Made by a program: the position numbers and the translations under genes. The notes below the pieces were generated by a model, which saw nothing but the letters and a program-made list of their open reading frames with translations, was not told where the DNA came from and did not search any database. 56,094 bases of DNA from the IMG/VR virus record IMGVR_UViG_3300027499_000663, positions 1 through 56,094 of that record. One strand, written 5' to 3'. The DNA is from a virus (lineage: Duplodnaviria; Caudoviricetes). This document shows positions 17,057 through 25,531 of this stretch, in pieces. Position 1 is the stretch's first letter; each line of letters begins with the position of its first letter.

Positions 17057-17863
17057 ATGCAGAGCCAACCCAATTCAAGCAATACCCCGATTCATGTCGC
17101 GACACGTTTTACGAATTCTGAAAACGTGTCGCGTACCACGATGTCTTCCCGCGAGATCGCAAACGTAACCGGTAAGCGTCACGACAACGTGAAGCGGGAC
17201 ATCCTCGCAATGCTCAAAGACCTGAAAGTAGATGCACTCAGTTTTGAGGACATCTATCTCGACGGCCGCAATCGCGAACAGGTGCAATACCTGCTTGATC
17301 GTGAACACACCGACTGCCTACTCACTGGCTACAGCGCACCGATGCGCATGAAGGTGATTCGCCGGTGGCGCGAGCTTGAACAGCAGCAGGGTGCCCGCGA
17401 GCAGGTCCTGCTCAATGGCACAAAGGTCGTCGGCGAGATCGCCATCATGGAGTGCTTCACGCGCCTGCTGAAGCCCGCCCCCTCCTGCCAGATGGCAATG
17501 CTGACGAAGATCGCCCAGAACAACGGCCTGGACCCGAAGTTTCTCCCAGGCTACGCCGTCGACGCTGCGCCAGATGCTGCCGGCGGCAGCTCGATGCCCA
17601 CAAAGTCAGCCACGGCCCTCTTGAAAGACCATGGGATTCGCTACGCGCCGGCGGCGTTCAATCGCGCCCTCGCAGCCAAGGGATTTCTCAAGCAACTGCA
17701 GCGCAAAAACTCCAAGCAGGAAACCGTCGACTTCTGGTCCGTGACCGAAAAGGGCATGGCCTTCGGCAAGAACCTCACCAGTCCTCAATCCCCCCGCGAG
17801 ACGCAGCCTCACTGGTACGTCGATCGCTTCCTCGAACTGGCCAAACTGGTCGGGAAGGCCTGA
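17057..17863 (+). CDS. Rha-family regulator with antirepressor-like C-terminal domain
   Basis: MSSREIANVTGKRHDNVKRDI, LLTGYS, WSVTEKG motifs. Confidence 0.85.
   Translation: MQSQPNSSNTPIHVATRFTNSENVSRTTMSSREIANVTGKRHDNVKRDILAMLKDLKVDALSFEDIYLDGRNREQVQYLLDREHTDCLLTGYSAPMRMKVIRRWRELEQQQGAREQVLLNGTKVVGEIAIMECFTRLLKPAPSCQMAMLTKIAQNNGLDPKFLPGYAVDAAPDAAGGSSMPTKSATALLKDHGIRYAPAAFNRALAAKGFLKQLQRKNSKQETVDFWSVTEKGMAFGKNLTSPQSPRETQPHWYVDRFLELAKLVGKA
17098..17133. repeat. Dispersed palindrome copy 2, CGCGACACGTTTT-N10-AAAACGTGTCGCG
   Basis: Perfect 13-bp inverted repeat near the 5' end of rha. Confidence 0.85.
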
Positions 17864-17864
17864 T

Positions 17865-18836
17865 ATGCAATTCACCGTCACGATCAACCAGGTGAAGGCG
17901 CTGGAGTGGGGGCTGAACTCCCAGCAGGCCCTGCTGTTCGCCTTCGTCTATGGCTGCCCGAGCTGGACCAAGCCAATCAAGACGGACGATGGGATCTTCT
18001 TCGCGCTGAGCAAGGCCAAGATCATCGAGGAGCTGCCGCTGCTCACTGACAAGCCGGACACCGCTTACCGCATGTTGAAGGCCCTGGAAGAGGCCGGCTT
18101 GATTGAGCTTTCCAGCACCTCGAACATCACGCTGTTCCGCCTGACCGAGAAGGCGATCGAGTGGAATCAGAAGCTTGATGGGTCGGAAAAATATCCGACC
18201 CCTCCAGAGAACAAGGGTCGGAAAAAAATCCGATCTACCTCGGAAAAAAATCCGAGCAAGGTCGGAGAAAAATCCGAGCAAGGGTCGGAAAAATCTCCGA
18301 CAAATCAGGATACCAATCATCAGGGTACCAATCAGGATACCAGTCAGGACTTGCAAGACGGCCCGGACAAGCCGGCCCGCAACCTGGTGCTGGTGGTTGA
18401 TCGCACCGACGGTCCCCGCGTCGAGATTCCCGCCGACATGCCGGGCCCCAAAGACCAGTCCTGCAAAACTTTCAAGGCTTGGGCGAACTACGCCATGGCT
18501 TACCGCAAGCGCTACAGCACCTGGCCGGTGTGGAACGCCAAGGTCGGTGGCCAGCTCGGCCAACTCGTTGACCGCCTCGGCGCTGATGTCGCCCATCATG
18601 TCGCGGCCCACTTCCTGAAGACCAGCGATGCTGCTGTCCTCCGCAAGTGCCACAGCCTCAACGAGCTGCTGGCCAACGCCGAGAGCTATCACACCCAGTG
18701 GGTGACCGGTCAGCGCATCAACGGCGCCACCGCGCGCCAGTTGGAGCGAACCGAGGCGAACGCATCGGCAGCCGAGCAGGCAGCTCAGATGGTTCTGGCC
18801 AAGCGCCAGGCGGGGGCACGCAATGAATACCTTTGA
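17865..18836 (+). CDS. Replication initiator (O-like)
   Basis: N-terminal wHTH-like region; internal iterons. Confidence 0.8.
   Translation: MQFTVTINQVKALEWGLNSQQALLFAFVYGCPSWTKPIKTDDGIFFALSKAKIIEELPLLTDKPDTAYRMLKALEEAGLIELSSTSNITLFRLTEKAIEWNQKLDGSEKYPTPPENKGRKKIRSTSEKNPSKVGEKSEQGSEKSPTNQDTNHQGTNQDTSQDLQDGPDKPARNLVLVVDRTDGPRVEIPADMPGPKDQSCKTFKAWANYAMAYRKRYSTWPVWNAKVGGQLGQLVDRLGADVAHHVAAHFLKTSDAAVLRKCHSLNELLANAESYHTQWVTGQRINGATARQLERTEANASAAEQAAQMVLAKRQAGARNEYL
18183..18350. repeat. Replication origin: five TCGGA-N6-TCCGA iterons followed by ATCAGGRTACCA repeats
   Basis: Iterons at 18183, 18218, 18240, 18262 and 18285. Confidence 0.85.
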
Positions 18837-19620
18837 GATGAATGACCAGCAGGTGGCCGGATTGGCGGCAGCGATCTGTGCCACCGCTGAGGCAATGGGC
18901 CAAGAGATGAACCCAGGCACTGCGGCAATGATGGCTGAAGACCTGTGCGCTTACTCCGTGCCTGTAGTGAAGGCTGCGCTAAAGGCGTGCCGCTTCGAAG
19001 TGAAAGGGAAATTGGCCATGGCCGACATCCTGCAGCGCGTCCAGGCCGCCGACGGCCGCCCGGGCAAAGACGAAGCCTGGGCGATCGCCATGACCACGAA
19101 TGACGAGTTCGAAACGGTGGTGCTGACCGACGAAATTCAACTGGCGCTGGCCGCCGCGAAACCTGTCCTCGATGCCGGCGATAAGGTCGGCGCGCGCATG
19201 GCGTTCAACAGCGCCTACGAGCGTCTGGTCGGCCAGGCCCGGGAGGACAACAAGCAGGTCAACTGGCACGTGTCTGTCGGCTTCGACGCCAGTCGCCGTG
19301 TGCAGGCAATCAGCAAGGCCGCGCAGATGCAGCGGATCCCCCAAGAGCGCGCCCAGCAATATCTGGCAGACCTGAGTGTCGAGCCAGTCACCGAGGATGG
19401 CCGGGCGCTGGCGGGTTTGATCACCGGCACCGTAACCCGCCCGGCGCCGAAGCTGCGCGCGAAGCTCGCGGCCGTGAAGGATTCGATGCTCGCAATGCGG
19501 AGAGCGTCGGCCGAAAAACAAACAGAACTGCGCATCCAGGCAGCCAACGAGCTGGCTGATCGCCGGGCGCTGCTGGTTCAGCAGGCCGAACAATTGGAAG
19601 CAAGGAGGGCGGCGCAGTGA
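18823..19620 (+). CDS. Putative helicase loader (P-position replication protein)
   Basis: Follows the initiator; GRPGKDEAW motif. Confidence 0.55.
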   Translation: MNTFEMNDQQVAGLAAAICATAEAMGQEMNPGTAAMMAEDLCAYSVPVVKAALKACRFEVKGKLAMADILQRVQAADGRPGKDEAWAIAMTTNDEFETVVLTDEIQLALAAAKPVLDAGDKVGARMAFNSAYERLVGQAREDNKQVNWHVSVGFDASRRVQAISKAAQMQRIPQERAQQYLADLSVEPVTEDGRALAGLITGTVTRPAPKLRAKLAAVKDSMLAMRRASAEKQTELRIQAANELADRRALLVQQAEQLEARRAAQ

Positions 19621-20024
19621 CCATCGATAAACAAAAACTCCAAAAGCTGCTGTGGAGTGAAGTCGCTTCCTGGAAGGCTGACTGCGGGGAGTGGAAGCAG
19701 AACGCTGAGGCGCTGGGTGACTTTCTCGGCGAAAAGACCGTGGAGGAGGTAGCGCTGGAACTGCTGGCCGACAACGAATCGCTTCGCAAGGATCTGGAAT
19801 CACACAAACGCATGCTTCTGGCTGCTGCTTGCGACATTGGCGCGATCGGAGAAGCGCTCAAGGCGGATATGGACGATGACGGCGATGCTTTGCTTGGCAC
19901 GGTCATCGACCTGAAAGCCCAGAACACGCGAATGCTGGAATGGCTCAAGGACATCAGCAGAACATCTGGAGACAAGGGTGCCGTCATGGGTGCGCGCCAA
20001 CTCCTCAAGGAGTTCGCCGAATGA
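19617..20024 (+). CDS. Hypothetical nin-region protein
   Basis: Coupled ORF. Confidence 0.65.
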   Translation: MTIDKQKLQKLLWSEVASWKADCGEWKQNAEALGDFLGEKTVEEVALELLADNESLRKDLESHKRMLLAAACDIGAIGEALKADMDDDGDALLGTVIDLKAQNTRMLEWLKDISRTSGDKGAVMGARQLLKEFAE

Positions 20025-20602
20025 ATGACTTCCGAGACTTGAAATCGATTGCGGAGGCGTGCCAGCAGCATCAGTCGCTTCGCTTCATGCGAAGCCATGG
20101 CGCGCTCTACATCCGCAACGACAACGGCATTGTCTTCGATGTGCATCAGAACCGGTCATTCCCTGACTACATGGCGCAGAACAAGGACTATGCGGACTTG
20201 GTGCTCGCTGCTAACCCTGCGACGATTCTGGTCCTGATCTCCGAGAACGAGCGGCTGAAGACGTTGCGTAGCACAGCCGAGCGTGATCTTGCGCAAGAGC
20301 TTGAGGTTTGGCGGCACGGCCCGTCCTGCTGGAATTGCGGAGACACCGGTGACGTGCATGACATGGTTGGCGAATGGCGTGGCCAATGCGATTGCAATGC
20401 AGCCAAGTTGATTGATGTTTCCAGCGAGCGCGACCAGCTCAAGGCCGAGAACGAGGCGCTGCGCAAGGCTCTGAGCGATCTCGTAAGCGGTGATGTAGGT
20501 CAGTCGGTCCAGTGGAAGCTGTCGAGCGGGCAGGGTGCCGAAACCGCAGACGGCAAAGCATGGTTGGCTGCTGCCGCCATGGGCAAGGGAGAGCAGTTAT
20601 GA
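20021..20602 (+). CDS. Ead/Ea22-like nin-region protein
   Basis: AANPATILVLISENERL motif, CxxC, coiled coil. Confidence 0.6.
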   Translation: MNDFRDLKSIAEACQQHQSLRFMRSHGALYIRNDNGIVFDVHQNRSFPDYMAQNKDYADLVLAANPATILVLISENERLKTLRSTAERDLAQELEVWRHGPSCWNCGDTGDVHDMVGEWRGQCDCNAAKLIDVSSERDQLKAENEALRKALSDLVSGDVGQSVQWKLSSGQGAETADGKAWLAAAAMGKGEQL

Positions 20603-21069
20603 CCGACAAAATCAGCGTCAACCGCCAGGCCAGGCTTACCCAGGCAATCACCCAGCTGACCACCATGTTCCGCGAGAAGAGGTTCGTCGTGGTATCGCTA
20701 CGCCCGGGCAAGGACCGAACTCTGGATCAGAACCGTCTGTGGTTTGCGATGTACAAACGCATCGCTGAGATGACCCAGATCGGCGACGAAGCGGACGCCC
20801 GCCGGTACTGCAAGTTGCACATCGGCGTGCAGATCCTGCTGAACGAGGATGCCGGGTTTCAGGCGGAGTGGTATCGGATCATGCGCCATCTGCCCTACGA
20901 AACGAAGCTGGACATGATGGGCGAGTGCCACCTGTTCGGGCCGGACGGATTCCCGGTGACCAGCCTGTTCAACCGTGCCCAGGGCATCGCCTACACCGAC
21001 CGCATCGTTGCGCGCTTCGCACCGCAGGGTGTGTACTTCGATGACCTTCTGAGTCAGGAGGCCGCATGA
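20599..21069 (+). CDS. NinB-like protein
   Basis: RTLDQNRLWFAMY motif. Confidence 0.65.
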   Translation: MTDKISVNRQARLTQAITQLTTMFREKRFVVVSLRPGKDRTLDQNRLWFAMYKRIAEMTQIGDEADARRYCKLHIGVQILLNEDAGFQAEWYRIMRHLPYETKLDMMGECHLFGPDGFPVTSLFNRAQGIAYTDRIVARFAPQGVYFDDLLSQEAA

Positions 21070-21344
21070 ACCATCAATTCAAACCGGGCGACCTAGCCCT
21101 GGTGATTGCGGGAGGCCATTTGGGCGAAACGGCCGAGATCATCCGCTTCGTGCAGCCGGGCGGGGTGGTGGTGTCGCCCACTTCCGGGAAAACATATCAG
21201 TTCAGGCCTGCTTCCGGATTGGGTGGATGGCTGTGCAGCTTCAAGGATTGTCTCGCCATCAAGCACGAAAAGAACCTCATGCCACTGCGCGGCGACTTCG
21301 AACCCGAGCATCAAAAAGCCAAGGAAGCCGAGCCATGCGCGTAG
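21066..21344 (+). CDS. Hypothetical protein (SH3/KOW-like)
   Basis: FKPGDLALVI...LMPLRGD pattern. Confidence 0.65.
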   Translation: MNHQFKPGDLALVIAGGHLGETAEIIRFVQPGGVVVSPTSGKTYQFRPASGLGGWLCSFKDCLAIKHEKNLMPLRGDFEPEHQKAKEAEPCA

Positions 21345-21946
21345 CACCCAAGGAAAGAAAGCCTCCCCGAGCAAAGAAATGCCGCGTCGAAACCTGCAGG
21401 GCCTCATTCGTCCCGCAGCGCCTGGGTCAGGCCGTTTGCAGCCCAGCCTGCGCCCTGGTCGACGCACCGCGGCACCAGGAGAAAGCCCGCAAGGCCATCG
21501 ACCTGCACGAGCGCCGCGAGATCAAGGTCCGCAAGGAGAAGCTGAAGAGCAGGGCAGAACACCTGCGCGAGGCCCAGGACGCGGTGAATGAGTATGTGCG
21601 CCTACGTGATGCCCATCTGCCGTGCATCAGCTGCGACTCGCTGCCCAACGACCATGACTTGATCACCGGCAGTCGCTGGGACGCTGGGCATTACCGCTCC
21701 GTGGGTGCCTGTCCGGAGCTGCGATTCGAGCCGCTGAACATCCACCGGCAGTGCGTGAAGTGCAACCGCAACCTTTCCGGCAACGCGGTCGAGTATCGCA
21801 TTCGCCTGGTGCAACGCATCGGCGCGGAGAAGGTGGCATGGATTGAAGGGCCTCATCCGGCCTGCAAATACACCGTCGAAGAAATAAAGGTCATCAAGGC
21901 CAAATACCGAGCAATGATCAGAGACCTGAAGAGGGCAGCAGCATGA
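21335..21946 (+). CDS. ninG: NinG/Rap recombination endonuclease
   Basis: CISC, DAGHYRS, NIHRQCVKCN motifs. Confidence 0.9.
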   Translation: MRVAPKERKPPRAKKCRVETCRASFVPQRLGQAVCSPACALVDAPRHQEKARKAIDLHERREIKVRKEKLKSRAEHLREAQDAVNEYVRLRDAHLPCISCDSLPNDHDLITGSRWDAGHYRSVGACPELRFEPLNIHRQCVKCNRNLSGNAVEYRIRLVQRIGAEKVAWIEGPHPACKYTVEEIKVIKAKYRAMIRDLKRAAA

Positions 21947-22620
21947 AGCTAATCGGAGCACGTCAGGCATGGACTGACTCTCAACACGAATCGAACGCCT
22001 CGATCACCGCGGCAGCCATCGACTCTGCGCAATCGGCGGCAGCAGTAAAAAAGGCAAGGGCGCGCCAGCATGAGGTGGTGTTTGCCGCCATGGGGGAGGA
22101 CAAGGAAGCGCGCATCATGGTCGCCCGGCAGAAGATCAGCATCAGCGAGACACGCCGGAAACCGATTGGTCGGTCAACCGCCCGGGCCGCGCACCTGGTC
22201 ACCATGGGGAAGATCCAGCGTGCGATCGGCACTTTGCCGTTCCAGGTGCAGCAGTTCGGTCACTTCCTCTATCACCCGATGATGACCATGCAGCATGTAA
22301 TGAACGCGGTGCTGCTGATCGCTTCGAAGGCGGAGTTGCCAGACCTGACCTCCGCCAAGCGCGTGAAGGCACACTACCTGGTGACGCTGGCTCTCCAATC
22401 GTATAAGTCCCAAGTCAGTGGGGCGGCGGAGTGGGGGCCGGCCCGGGTTGCGGCTGAGATGCACAGCTTCTTCGGCGTCACGATTGATCCGAAGAACTGG
22501 ACGCGTGACTGGCTCAATCTATGGGAATCCCTGAAAGCTGTGATCGTGGAAGTGGATATTCAAGCACAACAGCCACTATGGCAGGTGATTCACGCGGAAA
22601 AAGGCGAAGATGCAGCATAA
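21943..22620 (+). CDS. Putative late antiterminator (Q-position gene)
   Basis: Last early-right gene, directly before a strong promoter and terminator. Confidence 0.55.
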   Translation: MKLIGARQAWTDSQHESNASITAAAIDSAQSAAAVKKARARQHEVVFAAMGEDKEARIMVARQKISISETRRKPIGRSTARAAHLVTMGKIQRAIGTLPFQVQQFGHFLYHPMMTMQHVMNAVLLIASKAELPDLTSAKRVKAHYLVTLALQSYKSQVSGAAEWGPARVAAEMHSFFGVTIDPKNWTRDWLNLWESLKAVIVEVDIQAQQPLWQVIHAEKGEDAA

Positions 22621-22625
22621 ATGTG

Positions 22626-22654
22626 TTGACATGACGGGAGCTTTTGCGTAATTT
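22626..22654 (+). promoter_or_regulatory. Late promoter PR' (TTGACA-N17-TAATTT)
   Basis: Near-consensus sigma70 promoter right after the Q-like gene. Confidence 0.75.
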
Positions 22655-22697
22655 TCCCATAGTGCACAAGTAACGCGAAACGCACACGAAACCCTGA

Positions 22698-22723
22698 GCC
22701 CGGCCGCTGCACCGGGTTTTTTT
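22698..22723 (+). terminator. tR'-like terminator
   Basis: CCCGG/CCGGG stem plus T7. Confidence 0.7.
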
Positions 22724-22827
22724 AGAGTCGACATCACTTCGGGTTGCAAAAATAATCTTGACGCCATTAAATTGGCATCAATGTGCCGCCATTCTGTAGT
22801 GGCACGCATACCCCGAAGGATCCGACG

Positions 22828-23112
22828 ATGTTGAAACTCCGTTATATAACTACGCTGCTTCTGGCATTGGCCTCTGTGCAAGCGTTGGCTCAGCAAAACT
22901 CCAACGAAGCTGCTAATGCTAATGCTAAAACTCAAAACCAGAACATCGAAATTGACCCTATGAAGGGGTGCTATGCGGCCAATCAATTTTATTCCGAAGG
23001 CATGCGGCTTGAAGTTAAATCTGGCACGGTAGTCTGTGCGCATGGCCAGTCCATGTATGGTAAGCGCGATGCATCTTTGCCTTTTGAATGGGCGAAAGAG
23101 TCTGACCTTTAA
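22828..23112 (+). CDS. Secreted small protein, DUF1496-like (moron)
   Basis: Signal peptide; CYAANQFYSEG...VVC motif; own terminator at 23127-23156. Confidence 0.6.
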   Translation: MLKLRYITTLLLALASVQALAQQNSNEAANANAKTQNQNIEIDPMKGCYAANQFYSEGMRLEVKSGTVVCAHGQSMYGKRDASLPFEWAKESDL

Positions 23113-23175
23113 TCGGGTACGGAAGAAAAGCCCTGCAATGATGCGGGGCTTTTTTATGCCTGAAATTTATCTGTA

Positions 23176-23368
23176 GCCAGGACAGCCCTCGGGACGGCCT
23201 GGACGTCGATAGCCGGATAGTGCGACGTACGGAATCAACACCGGCAGCCCGCGCACCCTGTACACCAATGCTTCCAGGGTGGCGCGAGACTGGGCCAGCG
23301 AGATCGATGCAATGGGGCGTCGACGCTGCGAAGGTCTTTGGCGGACAGCGCGGAAAGACGCGCGCACC
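23176..23368 (+). ncRNA. Candidate structured ncRNA
   Basis: Several consecutive stems including an H-type pseudoknot; lies between two terminators; no credible ORF. Confidence 0.4.
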
Positions 23369-23488
23369 TATTTCAAGGCCTCGCATGAGCGGGGCTTTTT
23401 CGTTTTCGGCTCCACCACACCCATCGCGCTGAGCTGGGAGTGCTGCTGGGGCTGATTAAAATCAAGTCATGCCAACGGAGTCGAGCGC

Positions 23489-23827
23489 ATGGAGTACTTG
23501 CAGCGCCTGCTCGACAATCTCGACAGGTTTGGATTGCTGATTGCTGGCTTCACTGGCGCCGTCATTGCCAGCTGGTGGCACAAGGACGACCTCACGGACT
23601 GGCGCGCCTGGGCGATCTTTCTGATTACCGGTGTCGCCTGCTCCTGGTACCTGACGAGCATGGTCAGCACCTACCTGGGTGTGACCGAGCCGAGAATTGT
23701 CGCGGGCATAGGCTTTCTACTGGGCACCTTCGGTGGTTCGCTCCTGGCAGCCATCAACCGCGCCATCAAAGCCGCTGACCTCTGGGCGCTCATCCGCCAG
23801 CGGTTCGGGGGAGGCAACCCACCATGA
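23489..23827 (+). CDS. Holin
   Basis: Three TM segments; first late gene; GGAG SD. Confidence 0.75.
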   Translation: MEYLQRLLDNLDRFGLLIAGFTGAVIASWWHKDDLTDWRAWAIFLITGVACSWYLTSMVSTYLGVTEPRIVAGIGFLLGTFGGSLLAAINRAIKAADLWALIRQRFGGGNPP

Positions 23828-24168
23828 ATCTTGAACTGATCAACTCCATCGCCTGCGGCTTGATTGCCTTGTGGGCGACCTGGTGTGTCCTGAGCTGCCG
23901 GGTGCGAGACGGCATCCTCGGCAAGCTGATCTATTCGGCGATCGCCATCAGTGGTTTCGTTGTGATGACCCGCAGCCAGAACATTTTCTTCGGGCCAACG
24001 ACTGCGGGTCTGACTTTGCATGTGTCCCTGGCCCTTGCCGGCCTGCGCCACATCTTCATGGTCATCTGGTGGCAGCGGGTGAAAGCCTGGCTATGCCGCA
24101 CGCTGAACTGCCAACACTGCATGCGCTGCGACAAGGCGCCCGGTGGCATAGAGCGCCGGAGCAAATAA
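23824..24168 (+). CDS. Membrane protein coupled to the holin
   Basis: Three hydrophobic segments and a Cys-rich tail; ATGA overlap. Confidence 0.65.
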   Translation: MNLELINSIACGLIALWATWCVLSCRVRDGILGKLIYSAIAISGFVVMTRSQNIFFGPTTAGLTLHVSLALAGLRHIFMVIWWQRVKAWLCRTLNCQHCMRCDKAPGGIERRSK

Positions 24169-24170
24169 TC

Positions 24171-24206
24171 CGCGACACGTTTCGTGAATCAGCAAATCGT
24201 GTCGCG
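24171..24206. repeat. Dispersed palindrome copy 3, CGCGACACG-N18-CGTGTCGCG
   Basis: Intergenic, just upstream of the acb2 SD. Confidence 0.85.
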
Positions 24207-24227
24207 ACACGCGACGAGGAGAACACC

Positions 24228-24458
24228 ATGGATAACCAGCACAAGAAGATCACCGGTTACCGCGACCTGACCCAGTCTGAAATCGACGGTATGAACTCCA
24301 TCAAGGCGCTGGAGGCTGACGCCGGCGAACTATTTAAGCAGATCGGCCAGATCGAGGGCGTTGATCCGCGACTGCTGGCCCTGGCCAAAACGAATCTGCA
24401 GCAGGGTTTCATGTGGTTTGTGCGCTCAATCGCTAAACCCGCTGATCCATTCAGCTGA
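24228..24458 (+). CDS. acb2: Acb2-like anti-CBASS cyclic-oligonucleotide sponge
   Basis: MDNQHKKITGYRDLTQSEIDGMNSIK...RLLALAKTNLQQGFMWFVRSIAKP closely follows the Pseudomonas phage Acb2 sequence as recalled; GAGGAG SD. Confidence 0.85.
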   Translation: MDNQHKKITGYRDLTQSEIDGMNSIKALEADAGELFKQIGQIEGVDPRLLALAKTNLQQGFMWFVRSIAKPADPFS

Positions 24459-24649
24459 TGAGTACCGTGACCCGTCTGCATCACGCGCTACCGCTGAGCC
24501 CTGCCATCAACAACGCGGTCAAGGACCTGGACGGCGCTATTTCCAAGGCAATTGACGCTGCTAAGGCCGCCGGCCTGCCTCAAGGCCTGGTCGTGTCCGT
24601 CTTGCACGGGCACGCTCACGCACAAACCCACAACATGGTGAAGGCATGA
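24458..24649 (+). CDS. Hypothetical protein
   Basis: Coupled to the acb2 stop. Confidence 0.65.
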   Translation: MSTVTRLHHALPLSPAINNAVKDLDGAISKAIDAAKAAGLPQGLVVSVLHGHAHAQTHNMVKA

Positions 24650-24900
24650 CCGCAAAGCTCGTTGAGCTCAAACGTGAGGGCTGGCGCGATGCCGCCAAGA
24701 CGCTGCGAAAGATTGCAGATGACCTCGATGCCGGTGTGCACCCCGAATGCACTGTAGGCGCGTTGACCCTCATGGGATCGAAAGGTGAAGTGACGGTGTT
24801 CGGGCTGGGTCCAAAGTGCGACGACCTGCAGTGCCTGGGCGCAATGCGCCTTGGTGAGCAGAAGTTGATTGATGTGCTGCTCGATGGAGGGGAGGGGTAG
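24646..24900 (+). CDS. Hypothetical protein
   Basis: ATGA overlap. Confidence 0.65.
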   Translation: MTAKLVELKREGWRDAAKTLRKIADDLDAGVHPECTVGALTLMGSKGEVTVFGLGPKCDDLQCLGAMRLGEQKLIDVLLDGGEG

Positions 24901-24994
24901 ATGTGCCGCAGGTGGGTGCACGTTGACGTCCTAGCAGCTCGCGCATTGGTGGCTCCGTGATTGTCCGTACTGGCATACTGCTTATCCAATCTGG

Positions 24995-25474
24995 ATGGGG
25001 TATGTCATGAAATTCGAACCTGTAGCATTGAATGACCAGCACGTGGTTGAGAACACTGCCGAGATCGAACCTGCCGTAAAACATTATTGCGCTCGGCTTC
25101 TTGAGAGCCTGAAGAAAGCATTCGACTCAAAGCCGAATCAATTGAAATACGGTGTTGAGTTTTTTTCCAACGAGCGGCTCGAAGCAGAAATCAGTACGCC
25201 GTTTGGCAAGGCGCGAGGCCGCTTGGTGCTGCAGATTTCGGGCTCAGAAATAAATGGGCGGTACGTCTTCGAAAAAGGCGTGGTGTCAGAGCACGGGCTT
25301 GATTCATGGCGTCCTGTTTGGGCTCTTGTGATAACGAAAGATGGGATGGTGCGCCTAGGAGACGAAGGGTCTATGGAGATCAATGCGGCGGGCAACGATA
25401 CGCACGGTCAGGCTATCACTGCTGTTGCAAGGTCTTTGCTTTATGCAATCGGGGTGTCGCCCACATTCCTGTAA
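24995..25474 (+). CDS. Moron, hypothetical protein
   Basis: AT-richer ORF with its own terminator at 25494-25516. Confidence 0.65.
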   Translation: MGYVMKFEPVALNDQHVVENTAEIEPAVKHYCARLLESLKKAFDSKPNQLKYGVEFFSNERLEAEISTPFGKARGRLVLQISGSEINGRYVFEKGVVSEHGLDSWRPVWALVITKDGMVRLGDEGSMEINAAGNDTHGQAITAVARSLLYAIGVSPTFL

Positions 25475-25531
25475 TGGCCAACGAGTTGTCCTGCCCCGCC
25501 AAGTGCGGGGTTTTTTGTAACTGGAGTTCCC

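Noticed and set aside
18183-18300. Regularly spaced repeats resembling a CRISPR array
   Set aside because: Spacers are too short, the repeats are in frame within the initiator gene and no cas genes are present; better explained as iterons
23871-24227. N-terminal extension of the 195-aa ORF containing acb2
   Set aside because: Overlaps the membrane gene; a strong SD precedes the ATG at 24228
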